Of a DNA stretch of 64,000 nt, positions 19,977 through 30,469 are shown piece after piece. Origin of the DNA: an uncultured bacterium (lineage in GTDB: Bacteria > Babelota > Babeliae > Babelales > Babelaceae); contig OY970209.1 of NCBI GenBank assembly GCA_963713855.1, positions 128,001-192,000 on the forward strand. Direction: 5' to 3'. The notes beneath the pieces are model-generated. The model was not told the origin of the DNA and did no database searches. It saw nothing but the letters and a program-made list of their open reading frames with translations. The position numbers and the translations under genes are program-made. The number at the start of each line of letters is the position of its first letter. Position 1 is the first letter of the stretch.

Positions 19977-20699
19977 CTATGTCATACTGCGATCTTTCAA
20001 CACATAGAGTTTATGAACATCAATATATTTGATTACCTTGGAGTCAACAAACTCATAAACACTTAAACCGCGCGATATCATCGAGCGAACGGCTGAAGAG
20101 CTTATGGTGTTTTCAAAAGGCGAAGGTACGACAAACAAAGCATTTTGGTGCTTTTTTAATATTTCGTTATTGTTAATAAGCGCAGTAAGAGGAATACCAA
20201 AGCGAGGTATTACGAGTATCCCATGGTTATCATCCATCAGCGTTTCTTGATCCTCTAATGACCATAGCCCTGGGGTATTAAACGAGCTTAAAAGATCAGC
20301 CCCGCATACGAGAAAAACTCGGACGTCTCGTTTGTAACAGTCATTTAAACCTTTGCGTAAGTGCTCAATAACTGAAACTGTGGTCTGATACTTTTCTTGC
20401 TCAGCTTCCCAAGTATCAAGCGCTATCCAAGAAGAACGTTCTAGTGCTAATTGCGCCATAGCGATTCTATCAGCAGATGGAGCAAGCCCTTCTTTTTTGT
20501 AGGCGTCTGATACTGGAGATATAAAGCCACCTACAACGTATATATCGGGACGCACGCGACTCAAATGATTTTTACCACTTTCAAGCATTTCGAGGTGAAA
20601 AAGGGTAATGGGCGAAAAAGAGCCACAAGCTATAAGAACGGCGGGTTTTCGCGCATCCCATTCTAAGATTGGCGCCAATTTTGAGCAATCAATGGACAT
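19977..20699 (-). CDS. Nicotinamide/nicotinate mononucleotide adenylyltransferase, eukaryotic NMNAT type
   Basis: CGSFSPITLFH, SPVSDAYKK.GL, DTWE..Q, CGADLL.SF..PGLW, N.ISSS.VR. Confidence 0.9.
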   Translation of the reverse strand: MSIDCSKLAPILEWDARKPAVLIACGSFSPITLFHLEMLESGKNHLSRVRPDIYVVGGFISPVSDAYKKEGLAPSADRIAMAQLALERSSWIALDTWEAEQEKYQTTVSVIEHLRKGLNDCYKRDVRVFLVCGADLLSSFNTPGLWSLEDQETLMDDNHGILVIPRFGIPLTALINNNEILKKHQNALFVVPSPFENTISSSAVRSMISRGLSVYEFVDSKVIKYIDVHKLYVLKDRSMT

Positions 20700-20721
20700 A
20701 GTCTTTATAAATCTTTAGCTT

Positions 20722-21627
20722 TTAATAACCATATACCGACTTGCGATCAGCATCATTCATAAAGGTGACGTGCTTTTTAGCTTGTTCTAGAAGATCTGCT
20801 TCGTACTCAGAAAGCGCAACCTTAAAGCGTTCAGCACGAATAGTTGCTTCGATTTTTTTATAACGCTTTTCATCAGTCTCTTTATGACCTGTTTTTAAAG
20901 GTATTAAACGATCTTCGGTTTTTTCTTTAAGTTTAGTGACTTCAAAGCCACCAGCTGCGGGCTCGATAAAAACGATGTTACCGATGGCCTCATTTTTTAT
21001 AAACCCTTTATCTTTAGGCAAATCTCGAGCTTTAATCACAAACGGCTCACTCCACGCAATCGCTGATTTAAGCGTTTTATTTTTGATCGCGCTTTCAAAT
21101 TCAGTAGCGGGTAGCGTACTTGGCACAAAAGCGTTCAAGAGCGTAAACGTGGCTTCCTCGCGGTCTCCGTGCTTATCCCAATAAGCATCAACATCGCCCT
21201 CTTTTAGCGTTGGCATTTTATTTCTTAAGCGATAAGATTGTGCCTGCTCGATTTCTTGTTGACGCTTTAGCTGCTCTTTTCCTTCCTTGACGGTGTATCC
21301 GACAGCTTTAAAAATAGCCTCAATTTGCTCAAAACCACAATTATTTATCTTTTGCAGTTCTTTAAGAAATTTATCAACCTCTTCATCAGTCACCTTGATT
21401 GCAAGCGTGCGTGCATCAAAAGCCTTGAGCTGCTCAAGAACCATGTCGCGCAAAGTACGTTGTTCACCATTAAGGTTGGGGCGAATATCAAGGGTGGTAA
21501 TAATAACCTTTTCTTGCTGAGGACCAAAAATGATAGCTCGCGTCTGATTGAAAATGATATCTTCGCCAAATGCGCTGACTGACCACAACAATAAGCAGCC
21601 TAAAAACAGTAAAACTTTTGTGTGCAT
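20722..21627 (-). CDS. SurA-like periplasmic chaperone
   Basis: Signal peptide; IKVTDEEVDKFL..N SurA N-domain pattern. Confidence 0.65.
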   Translation of the reverse strand: MHTKVLLFLGCLLLWSVSAFGEDIIFNQTRAIIFGPQQEKVIITTLDIRPNLNGEQRTLRDMVLEQLKAFDARTLAIKVTDEEVDKFLKELQKINNCGFEQIEAIFKAVGYTVKEGKEQLKRQQEIEQAQSYRLRNKMPTLKEGDVDAYWDKHGDREEATFTLLNAFVPSTLPATEFESAIKNKTLKSAIAWSEPFVIKARDLPKDKGFIKNEAIGNIVFIEPAAGGFEVTKLKEKTEDRLIPLKTGHKETDEKRYKKIEATIRAERFKVALSEYEADLLEQAKKHVTFMNDADRKSVYGY

Positions 21628-21648
21628 AAAAGGTCCCCCTCGAAAGCC

Positions 21649-21678
21649 AGCGAGTAAAAGAGTGATCCTTTACTCGCT
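21649..21678. terminator. Intergenic stem-loop
   Basis: AGCGAGTAAA...TTTACTCGCT. Confidence 0.5.
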
Positions 21679-21690
21679 AGACTAATTTGT

Positions 21691-22743
21691 TTAGCCAACC
21701 TGCGGCTTTATCGGTTGTGGTAAAGCAGTAGGTTGCGTTGACTGTTCTACAGCCTTCTTTTTACGTTTTTGAACGTAATCCTTATTAACTACTAGTTTAT
21801 ATTTTTCTTTAAGTTCGGCCAGCTTTTTCTCATGCAGCTCATTAAATTTCTTATTTTTAATGACGTGTTGGACTGCTTCTTTGACAGACTCGAAATCGGC
21901 ATACTTAGGCTCTTGGCGGCTTAATAGCTCTATGACACGATACTTGTCATCTGAGCCTTTTACGATTATTATCGTCGGCAAGGTCGCTTTATTTTCAAGA
22001 ATGACGTCTTTTACCGTCTCGTCTAAAAAGCTGCTTCTATTAACAAGGCCATAGTCAACCACGTGCTTATTAGCTTCTTTAGCTACTTGAGCAAAAGTAC
22101 TTGCGCGGGCTTTTTGAGCAAGCTCACCAGCTTCTTTCTCATCTGATACCTCAAAACCCTCAGCCTTTATACCACCAGCCGTTATTAGAAAGGGAGGCTG
22201 CTGAAGCATAGGTTCGGTACTGCGCTCCTGATAGAACTTCTGAGCTTCAGCATCACTGACCGTGACTTCTTTAAGAACCTGATTTTCAAAGGCCCTTAAA
22301 GCCAGGTCTCCATCAACTGCCTCGTGAATCCGAGAAGCATTGCGGACGTATTCAGGCTGATGGTCAAGGCCCGTATCATGTACCCAGTGCATCATAAGCT
22401 CTTTTATGGCCTTGCCCTCGATAATGCGTCCAAATATTTCATCTTGTTGGTCCTCCGGAATAAGAGGCATAAGCTCTTTTATAGAAGGCTCCGTCTGCAT
22501 CATCAGCAGGATATCTCTTTCAGTATCTTCTCCAGTTACTACTGGTTTTTCGTTTAAAGAAACGACCGTTTCACGAAGCAAAACAGGATCATATCCTTCA
22601 AGTTTTACGTCTTCATGCGCGTGAGGGCAACCGCACGAAGCATTTTTGACCATTTTCCACGGCCAGTAATCACAACCAGGTAGCAGCGCAATTGCTGACA
22701 GTAACAGTACATGACTTAGAAAATAACGTGAACGCTTTATCAT
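21691..22743 (-). CDS. PrsA/PpiC-like lipoprotein chaperone (degenerate parvulin)
   Basis: Lipobox LLPGC, VTVSDAEAQKFY, FAQVAKE, FESVKE; probable start MIKRS at 22743. Confidence 0.7.
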   Translation of the reverse strand: MIKRSRYFLSHVLLLSAIALLPGCDYWPWKMVKNASCGCPHAHEDVKLEGYDPVLLRETVVSLNEKPVVTGEDTERDILLMMQTEPSIKELMPLIPEDQQDEIFGRIIEGKAIKELMMHWVHDTGLDHQPEYVRNASRIHEAVDGDLALRAFENQVLKEVTVSDAEAQKFYQERSTEPMLQQPPFLITAGGIKAEGFEVSDEKEAGELAQKARASTFAQVAKEANKHVVDYGLVNRSSFLDETVKDVILENKATLPTIIIVKGSDDKYRVIELLSRQEPKYADFESVKEAVQHVIKNKKFNELHEKKLAELKEKYKLVVNKDYVQKRKKKAVEQSTQPTALPQPIKPQVG

Positions 22744-22827
22744 AAGTGCCTCAATGTTTATTGAATAATAGGTCCTGTTTACGCTGTGTAGCGTATCACA
22801 GAACTTTACATACTGCAAAAGCGGTAG

Positions 22828-23475
22828 CTAGACCGCTCTACAAGCAACAACAGCAGAAAGGCTATTAAGCTCTAAATGTTCTAATGCCTCTGCTGCTGCT
22901 CGAAGCGTTGACCCAGTCGTTACAAGGTCATCAACCAAGATTATGCTTTTCGATTGCCAGTGCGCTCGCATGGCATTACTCATAAAAGCACCCGAACTAT
23001 TTTCATGCCTTTGTAAAATCGTCAAACCCGACTGAAAATCTGTCTCTTTTGGCCGTAAAAGTAAGGAAACTACAGGTATCTGCCACGCTTTTGAAAGCAC
23101 ATGGGCTATGGTAGAAGCCTGGTTAAAACCCCTTGCAGCATACCGTTTCCAATGAAGTGGAATCGGCACTAAAGCATCAGCTTTCTGGAGCTCTAATTGC
23201 TCGGCCATTAAAATACCAAGATGCTCTGACGCCGCTTGCACCCCAGAATGTTTTGCAAGAACAAAAGTTTTTAAAGGCTCTTTATATGCTCCAAGAGAAG
23301 ATACCTGCATCACCTTACCGCTAGAAATCGGGATGCAAAACGGAAGCGTGCCTTCTATAGCGTTCTTACATACTCCACATAAAGGCGTATCCTTTTTTGT
23401 CAACGCGTGACAATAAAAACAGACATAAGGCAAAAAAGCGTCCCTAAAACAGGCAACTAGTGATTCAAGCATCAT
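22828..23475 (-). CDS. comF: ComF-family competence protein (zinc ribbon + PRTase)
   Basis: CFYC..LCGVC, VPIPLH..RGFNQA, ILVDDLVTTGST; start MMLES overlaps the restored lspA stop. Confidence 0.88.
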   Translation of the reverse strand: MMLESLVACFRDAFLPYVCFYCHALTKKDTPLCGVCKNAIEGTLPFCIPISSGKVMQVSSLGAYKEPLKTFVLAKHSGVQAASEHLGILMAEQLELQKADALVPIPLHWKRYAARGFNQASTIAHVLSKAWQIPVVSLLLRPKETDFQSGLTILQRHENSSGAFMSNAMRAHWQSKSIILVDDLVTTGSTLRAAAEALEHLELNSLSAVVACRAV

Positions 23476-23930
23476 TAAAATGGGTTGAAAAAAGCATAAC
23501 AAGAGCACCGACCACAATAGCAACATCAGCTGCATTAAAAAGCGTGGGAAATTGCCATTGGCCAAGAGCCACGCTGCAAAAAATCCACCACGGCACCATA
23601 CCAAACTCTGTCGATCAAGTTACTCACAGCCCCTGCAAGAATAAGGACCTCGCCAAAGAGAGTTTTGTGCGTTTTATAGCGCTCATACGCATGGACGCAT
23701 AAAGCGAGTATAATAAACGCCAAACCAATCGAGAGCAAAAACCAGGAGAGCCACGTCCTTGCTTGAAACATCCCCCAAGAAATGCCTTTGTTATAAAGAA
23801 GCTCGCATGTCAGGCCCGGAAATAATGTACGAGGAGAGGCACAGTAATAAATAGCCGCCAGTTTTGATAATCGGTCAATAAGGAAAATACTGATAAAAAG
23901 TAACAAGTACCTTTCTATCTGGCTCTTCAT
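23465..23930 (-). pseudogene. lspA: Lipoprotein signal peptidase II with an apparent frameshift in a T6 run
   Basis: DRLSK, NKGISWG, GAVSNLIDR, AVVDF in one frame; FPTLFNAADVAIVVG..NDA* (stop 23467-23465) in a shifted frame; break at the A6 run 23578-23583. Confidence 0.85.
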
Positions 23931-26242
23931 CGTATCGTTGCTCCTTTTTGACGTAATCGCTCAGAGACCCTACTACTTACCTCGTCGATTTCGTCTTTGG
24001 TTAACGTCTTATCAGCATCACACAGCCTGTAGCGTAATGTTATCGCGCGCTGGGCGAACCACTCCGAACGCTCATAATAATCAACAAGCTGTACATGCCT
24101 AATACGTTCATCCTCATTATATATCGCCCGTTCAAGCTCGCTCACGGTCATTTCTACTGGTATAAATATGCTGACATCAAGCTCAGTGCAAGGATACTTT
24201 AGCAATTGCTGTACCTGAACTCTCGGTTTTGCAAATTGTTTAAGAAAAGTACCATCGAGCTCAGCAATACAGGTAAAACCCGCAATCTCTTCTACTTTTG
24301 TAGATCCGATACCAACATAGCCTACATGCTGACGATCACAAAATAACGCAGCTATTTGGTTTGGGCTATACCAAAAAGGTATCTCTCCCGTAGGCTTTAC
24401 CCACTCAATAGATGCTCCAATAAGGTCGAATAAGGAAGAGACAGCTGCTTTAAATTCATAAAAATTGGGTTGCTGCGCACTGTGCCATATAAAGCTGAGT
24501 GAAGACCCTTCACGTATGCTCTCTTTTTCCAAAGACCATAGACGATTCCATTCAAAAAACCGTACATCGTGCGCCTGTGTTTTATTCATTGTTACAGCTT
24601 TAATAAGGTGCGGAACGAGCGAAGCGATGAGGCGCCGCGCGTTTTGCGATACTGGATTATTAAGCTCAATGTCTTGATCGGGTTTAAAGCCCAGTACACG
24701 TAAAAAATCTTCATCGTAAAAAGGGTAACTTGCTATTTCATGCATTCCAAGAGAAAACGCGCAATGATTTTTTAAAGCTCGTATACGATTTACTACATGA
24801 TTGTCAACAGGACGCATTAAGCGCGCTGGAACCGTTGCATGAATATTGCTGTAGCCAATTAATCGAGCAACTTCTTCAACGGCATCTTCGCGTAAGCGAA
24901 TATCGCCTTGCCTAAAAGTAGGTACCAAAATTGTATACTCTATTCCTGAAGAAAGAAATTTCTCTTGAACGCCAAATCCCAACTTAGAAAGCGTTGCGCG
25001 AACATCTTCTGGCAAAAGCGCGCTACCAATTTTTTTAGTAATATACTCATGCGTTACGGTAATGGTGCGTTCAACGGCGGGAAGGCCCAAAGAAACAATG
25101 TCCGGTGAACTATCAGCTTTAATACCCCACGCTTTAATAAGGTATAAAAAGCGCATAAGAGCAGTAACATTTTGATTCGGATCAAGACCTTTTTCAAAGC
25201 GCGACGAAGCTTCTGTTCTCTTTTTGTGTTCAATCGAACTGCGCCGTATGGCTACGGGACGAAAATGCGCACCTTCAACGACAATCCTGACACTTGAAGT
25301 GCGTACAGCAGCATAAGATCCCCCCATAACGCCTGCGAGCGCAAGCGGCTTTGTTGAATCTGCTATAACACAATCTTTTTCGTTAAGCTCAAGCACGGTA
25401 CCATCGAGTAATTCGATACGCTCTGAAGGCTTTGCCATGCGTGCTTTCAACTGAGCTTCCTTAATAGCAAGGCCATCAAAAGCATGCAGTGGTTGGCCAA
25501 GATCATACATCACATAATTGGTAGCATCGACGATTGCATTGACGGGTTTACCTCCAACCAGCACCAGGCGCTGTGCCACAAAAGGTATCGATGACACATT
25601 ACTAACGTGATTTAACGTGAGAGCTGCAAATCGATCGCATACTGGTTGAGCGTCAATGCGCAGCGTAAGACCGTCAATTACGCCAGTCTGCTCATAATTT
25701 TTAACTAAACGGGAAGCAATAAGTTGGTCTTCAGGCACGAGAGTTACTGAAAGCAATGCGGCAATTTCACGAGCAAACCCGCGGTGACCCCATAAATCAG
25801 GTCTGTGCGTAAGAGACTTATTGTCGATTGTTATAATGTAGTCCTCTTTTTGCAAAGAGGCCTTCCATAAGCCTTCTTTGTCCGATGCGGGAACATAAAG
25901 AGCCGGCATCAGGCCTTCTTTTTCGCCGTGAAAATCGAGCACAGTAGCATACGAAACTTTTTCACCTTCGCGGCGCACTAAATAAAGACCGTCCAAAACT
26001 GCATCAGGACGTAATGGCAAGCGTACCTCTTTTTGCATTTCCGGCATAAAAAAGAGTGCTTGACCCTTCTCTATGCTTTTAAGCTCAGCAAGAGCAAAGG
26101 CGCTTAAATCAAAAGAAACTTTACAATACGAATCAATTTCTGCTGTAGAGGTACTCAGTTTCTGAATGAGCTTATCTACGGACACATCCTGTAACCGCAC
26201 ATCAAGAATATGGTCAAAAATCCACGCAAGGGATAATTTCAT
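23927..26242 (-). CDS. pheT: Phenylalanine--tRNA ligase beta subunit
   Basis: THRPDLWGHRGFAREIAA, GQPLHAFD, SSRFEKG, DAVEEVARLIGY, C-terminal ferredoxin-fold anticodon domain. Confidence 0.95.
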   Translation of the reverse strand: MKLSLAWIFDHILDVRLQDVSVDKLIQKLSTSTAEIDSYCKVSFDLSAFALAELKSIEKGQALFFMPEMQKEVRLPLRPDAVLDGLYLVRREGEKVSYATVLDFHGEKEGLMPALYVPASDKEGLWKASLQKEDYIITIDNKSLTHRPDLWGHRGFAREIAALLSVTLVPEDQLIASRLVKNYEQTGVIDGLTLRIDAQPVCDRFAALTLNHVSNVSSIPFVAQRLVLVGGKPVNAIVDATNYVMYDLGQPLHAFDGLAIKEAQLKARMAKPSERIELLDGTVLELNEKDCVIADSTKPLALAGVMGGSYAAVRTSSVRIVVEGAHFRPVAIRRSSIEHKKRTEASSRFEKGLDPNQNVTALMRFLYLIKAWGIKADSSPDIVSLGLPAVERTITVTHEYITKKIGSALLPEDVRATLSKLGFGVQEKFLSSGIEYTILVPTFRQGDIRLREDAVEEVARLIGYSNIHATVPARLMRPVDNHVVNRIRALKNHCAFSLGMHEIASYPFYDEDFLRVLGFKPDQDIELNNPVSQNARRLIASLVPHLIKAVTMNKTQAHDVRFFEWNRLWSLEKESIREGSSLSFIWHSAQQPNFYEFKAAVSSLFDLIGASIEWVKPTGEIPFWYSPNQIAALFCDRQHVGYVGIGSTKVEEIAGFTCIAELDGTFLKQFAKPRVQVQQLLKYPCTELDVSIFIPVEMTVSELERAIYNEDERIRHVQLVDYYERSEWFAQRAITLRYRLCDADKTLTKDEIDEVSSRVSERLRQKGATIR

Positions 26243-26340
26243 GCTTTAATACCCTTTATTACGCTCTAAAAAGCTCATTTATATACAGAATACGCAAAAA
26301 GCACAAAAGCAGCAACTTGATCAACCTTAGAGAACTTTAA

Positions 26341-26470
26341 AAAAACGAACTACGCGTTCAGCGGAAGGAGGCTAGCCTCCTTCACCTCAAGCAAGTATGG
26401 CGTTGCCAGTAGATAAATTTAAGACACGGCACGTGTCTTAAATTGCATGCAGCACTTCGTGCAAAAAAGG
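26341..26470 (-). repeat. Structured dispersed element, copy E2
   Basis: Reverse complement matches E1 with compensatory stem changes. Confidence 0.85.
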
Positions 26471-26705
26471 ATAGCGAAAACCTAGAGCACATGACTTACG
26501 CTCTGAGGCGTTTGGATGTAATCAATTACTTAGCTCTTTTAAGAATGAGCTCTCCCAATTTTCTACTAGTGCTCACGTTCAGCTCATGAGCTTTTTTCAG
26601 TTCACCCTTCTCCCAAAAGAATTGCCGTACTAAACACGTGCTTTTTAAAAGCCTATGAAAATCGATCAGCACGTGTTATGATTTTCACAAACCTTAGGAT
26701 TTAAT

Positions 26706-27875
26706 ATGTTTTTAGAAAGAGATATAGCAGACCGCGTACGAAGCGGGGCGAGGAAAATGCCTATAGTAGCCATCATTGGCCCGCGACAATCTGGCAAAAG
26801 TATGCTTGTAAAAGAGTTATTCAAGAATCATAGGTATATAGATATGCAAGATCCTGAGCTTTCGGATTATGCAAACAAGGATCCTAAGGGTTTTTTAAGC
26901 ACTTTCAATACTGAGCATGGTCTAATTCTTGATGAGATACACTATGCTCCCAAGTTGCTTTCTCAATTAAAAATGGAGGTGGAAAAAAATTCGCGGCCGG
27001 GGTATTACATTCTTTTAGCACCGCATGATTTTTTTCTTGATGAAATTTTAAGCGAGTCTCTTGCAGGGATCATGTACCTCTATATATTACTTCCTCTTTC
27101 TATAAGTGAGCTTAAAAAATCACGGCTACTACTCGAGTGTGCGGAGGAACAGCTATTACATGGTTTCTACCCTCGTGTTTACGAATCAGCTATCGATACA
27201 CGTGAGTATTACGAACAGTATATCTCAGTGCGCATTGAGAGAGATATAAGGATGGTAAAAAATTTTGAAAAGAGCGTAGCGTTTAGAAGGTTTATACAGC
27301 TTTGCGCTCTTCGTATTGGCTCACCGATCAATTTCAGCGAGCTTGCACGGGATGCACGTATCAGCATTAATACTGCCAAGAGTTGGCTTTCTCTCCTTCA
27401 AACAAGCTTTACAGTATTTTTCCTTCCGTCTTACTATAAGAACCTGTCTCGAAGGATTATCAAGTCGCCAAAGCTGTATTTTTATGATGTTGGGCTTGCT
27501 TTAATGTTCCTGAACGCCAACAAGGAAACGTTTACAAAAAAACGGGACCTTTATGGTTCATTGTTTGAAAACATGCTCATTGCTGATGCTTTAAAAAATT
27601 GTCACAACCGCGGACTTGATTCGAGGTTATCATTTTTTAGGGATACGAATCAAAATGAGATCGACCTCATAATCGAATCAGCGAGCGTAACTGTACCGGT
27701 GGATATCACGGAAATAAAGAGCGTAGACAGTGTTTCTGGCACCTTAACATGGTTTATAAAACAAACAGGTGGTGATCAAAAACCCCTAGTTTTCTACGGC
27801 GGTGATCAAGAACTAGAGCTTTCAGGTTCCAAAGCTATGCCATGGAACTATATAGACTCGACGCTTTTTGTGTGA
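26706..27875 (+). CDS. AAA_14 ATPase with DUF4143 domain
   Basis: GPRQSGKS, ILDE, KSPKLYFYDVGL, FEN, EIDLII. Confidence 0.88.
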   Translation: MFLERDIADRVRSGARKMPIVAIIGPRQSGKSMLVKELFKNHRYIDMQDPELSDYANKDPKGFLSTFNTEHGLILDEIHYAPKLLSQLKMEVEKNSRPGYYILLAPHDFFLDEILSESLAGIMYLYILLPLSISELKKSRLLLECAEEQLLHGFYPRVYESAIDTREYYEQYISVRIERDIRMVKNFEKSVAFRRFIQLCALRIGSPINFSELARDARISINTAKSWLSLLQTSFTVFFLPSYYKNLSRRIIKSPKLYFYDVGLALMFLNANKETFTKKRDLYGSLFENMLIADALKNCHNRGLDSRLSFFRDTNQNEIDLIIESASVTVPVDITEIKSVDSVSGTLTWFIKQTGGDQKPLVFYGGDQELELSGSKAMPWNYIDSTLFV

Positions 27876-27963
27876 GCATTCGGGGCTTTAAATCTCGGAT
27901 TTGGGCTGTTAAAAAAGCGTATAAGTTATAGTATACTGGAAGCATAATTTAACTGAGTCCATT

Positions 27964-28884
27964 ATGGAAAAAATCATCCTTTATTACAAGTATGTACCTA
28001 TCGAGCATACGGACGTTATTGCCCTGTGGCAAAAAGAGCTTTGCCAAAAACTTGACCTTAAGGGGCGGATCATTATAGCTCCGGAAGGGATTAATGGGAC
28101 ACTTGGAGGCCAAGAATACGCTATAAAAGACTATCAAGCTGTTATGGCCGCTCATCCGCTTTTTGGCGACATAGATTTTAAAAGTAGCTCAGGCTGTCGT
28201 GATGATTTTCCTCGCCTACAAGTTTCTGTAAAAAAAGAGATTGTGCGGCTTGGTATAAGTCCTGAAACTGTTAGATCAGAAAACGCGGCCGTTCACTTAA
28301 GCCCCCAGAAAGCGCATAAGCTTATAGCAAAGAAAGATAAGCATCTTGTTATCTTCGATGCTCGTAATGTCTATGAATCTGATATTGGTGCCTTTGAGGG
28401 AGCGATAACTCCTGATATTAAAACCTTTAGAGAACTTCCGGGCTATATTGACGCTCATCTTGAGCTTTTTAAGGACAAGGATGTTCTTATGTACTGCACA
28501 GGTGGTGTTCGGTGTGAACGGGCATCTGCATATCTTGCTACTAAGAATGTAGCGCGCAGTATTACGCAAATAGCTGGAGGGATACATCGCTACTTAGAGG
28601 AATATCCGGAAGGCTTTTTTAAAGGTAAAAATTTTGTTTTTGACGGCCGTATGGCTCTTAAGGCCACCGATGACGTTCTTGGGCGCTGTAAAGAGTGTAA
28701 TCGACCATATGATATTCATAAGCCTTGTTCATATACCCATTGCCATGGACTTATATTGTTGTGCCCGGACTGTGCGAAAGTATCAGATAGCACCTGTAGT
28801 CCTTCGTGCAGCAGCCTAATTAGCCAAGATGGCACCAAAAAAAGGCCTGACACTCAAAAAACCGTTGGAGCCCATGGAATATGA
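27964..28884 (+). CDS. trhO: Rhodanese-domain tRNA uridine(34) hydroxylase (UPF0176)
   Basis: LYYKY, KGRIIIAPEGINGT, YCTGGVRCE, NFVFDGR. Confidence 0.88.
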   Translation: MEKIILYYKYVPIEHTDVIALWQKELCQKLDLKGRIIIAPEGINGTLGGQEYAIKDYQAVMAAHPLFGDIDFKSSSGCRDDFPRLQVSVKKEIVRLGISPETVRSENAAVHLSPQKAHKLIAKKDKHLVIFDARNVYESDIGAFEGAITPDIKTFRELPGYIDAHLELFKDKDVLMYCTGGVRCERASAYLATKNVARSITQIAGGIHRYLEEYPEGFFKGKNFVFDGRMALKATDDVLGRCKECNRPYDIHKPCSYTHCHGLILLCPDCAKVSDSTCSPSCSSLISQDGTKKRPDTQKTVGAHGI

Positions 28885-29822
28885 GTATCTGCATACAGCA
28901 CAATGTTTCTTTAGCAGAAAAGACGTGGTTTAGGACGGGTGGACCTGCCCGCTTTTACACGGAGCCGCGTTCGGCGGAAGAATTTCGGCGAGCGCTGACG
29001 CACGCAAAGCACTATGATTTACCGCTTTTCATTTTGGGAGAGGGAGCGAATGTCCTTATAAGTGATGAGGGGTTTTCGGGGCTTGTCATTAAACCTGGCA
29101 TTACCTCGCTTTCACACTTTTATACCGAGGAAGGAAGCTACGTAAAAGCGGGGGCTGGTGTAGCTTTTAGGGATTTAATCAGTTATTGCCTGGAACATGA
29201 GCTTATTGGTCTTGAAGAATTTAGTGGGATACCTGGAACTGTTGGCGGCTCAGTGTTTATTAACATACACTATTTTGAGTTTCTTTTAAGTTCTTTTTTG
29301 ACGCATGGGACGGTCATTGAAAAAGCGACAGGTTCTATTATATCTGTTGATCGTCCTTGGTTTAATTTTTCCTATAACTATTCGACGCTTCAGGAGGGCA
29401 AGCATTATCTTGTTGATGCTACATTTGCTTTAAAAAAGGGTTCACCTTTCGATGCTTTTTACGCCAAAGGGCGAAGTGATGAAATTGTTAGGCACCGGAT
29501 GCGTAGGTATCCGCTTGAAAGAACATGTGGGAGTTTTTTTAGAAACTTTTTTGAGCATGAGCTTCTAGAGAGCAAACACCCGCATAAAATCGTCCACGTT
29601 GCCTACTATTTCGATACCTTAGGCTTTAAGGGACAACTTAGCAGTGGTCATGCTTTTGTATCTCACAAGCATGCAAACATGATTGTAACGAACCCCCAAG
29701 CATCATCTAAAGATGTTATTAATCTTGCTCGCACGATGCAAACGCTGGTTCACCAAAATTTTGGTATTACTCCGCAACCGGAATGCGTACTTTTAGGCTT
29801 TAAAGAGCATCCGCTGCTATAA
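28881..29822 (+). CDS. murB: UDP-N-acetylmuramate dehydrogenase
   Basis: GGPA, LGEGAN, GIPGTVGG, CGSFFRN, KHANMIV. Confidence 0.93.
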   Translation: MSICIQHNVSLAEKTWFRTGGPARFYTEPRSAEEFRRALTHAKHYDLPLFILGEGANVLISDEGFSGLVIKPGITSLSHFYTEEGSYVKAGAGVAFRDLISYCLEHELIGLEEFSGIPGTVGGSVFINIHYFEFLLSSFLTHGTVIEKATGSIISVDRPWFNFSYNYSTLQEGKHYLVDATFALKKGSPFDAFYAKGRSDEIVRHRMRRYPLERTCGSFFRNFFEHELLESKHPHKIVHVAYYFDTLGFKGQLSSGHAFVSHKHANMIVTNPQASSKDVINLARTMQTLVHQNFGITPQPECVLLGFKEHPLL

Positions 29823-29864
29823 AAGCGAACTATTAGTTATTATTATTTGTTCTCCAGAGAATCT

Positions 29865-29993
29865 ATCCGCCGAGGGCGGATTGCTATTGCCTCAAGAACA
29901 AATGTTCTTGAGGTATAATTTCAAGATTTAAATCAACGGGTGCAGGGCGCAGCACTGCCGCTCTACGCGGAGTAGCGCCCGCTGCGTAAGCGC
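29865..29993 (+). repeat. Structured dispersed element, copy E3
   Basis: Two hairpins, then GGTGCAG..CTGCCGCT-CTAC-GCGGA-GTAG and CGCT-GCGTA-AGCG. Confidence 0.7.
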
Positions 29994-30007
29994 GACTTTA
30001 GCTTTTT

Positions 30008-30469
30008 TTAAAATTCGGCCCATGATCCATCCTCGTACGCGGCGCGACTTACGTAGGTATGTGCGGCGATGGTTGTAGAAATGCGGTAGAAGCATGCCCC
30101 TTCTTTATTACTCAGGTAAACGGAGCCTGCATCGGTGTGTCCACTTGGGTAAAAAACTACTCGATCGTGGCTAAACGTAAGAGCTCTAGAAGATGGTGCT
30201 TTAAACATCACTGGATCTTGTAGGTGGTGTATCAGCCCATCTTTGACCTTATAGGCGTTTTGGTTTTTTAAAAACGTGAGCGTGACCTCTTTGTTGCTCG
30301 AGACTGCCTCCTGCTGGAGGGAAAGAAAAATGAGATAGAGCCTGTTGCAAGCCATTCGCACACGTAGTTCACCAAAAACTCGAAACGACACGGAGGTGCA
30401 AAACGCCAAAAAGCTAACAAGAACGCAAACAAGGACAAGCTCTAGGAGCATGAACCCTTTTCGCGCCAT
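30008..30469 (-). CDS. Minor pilin/pseudopilin (GspH/FimT-like)
   Basis: RKG^FMLLELVLV prepilin motif; VVFYPSG..AGSVYL. Confidence 0.8.
   Translation of the reverse strand: MARKGFMLLELVLVCVLVSFLAFCTSVSFRVFGELRVRMACNRLYLIFLSLQQEAVSSNKEVTLTFLKNQNAYKVKDGLIHHLQDPVMFKAPSSRALTFSHDRVVFYPSGHTDAGSVYLSNKEGACFYRISTTIAAHTYVSRAAYEDGSWAEF

Noticed and set aside
23476..23604. N-terminal extension of ComF in the ORF track
   Set aside because: This DNA encodes the lspA C-terminus in another frame
26706..27875. AAA-DUF4143 gene as the mobiliser of the adjacent E2 element or part of a defence island
   Set aside because: Common standalone family, adjacent to only one of the four copies, with no partner genes
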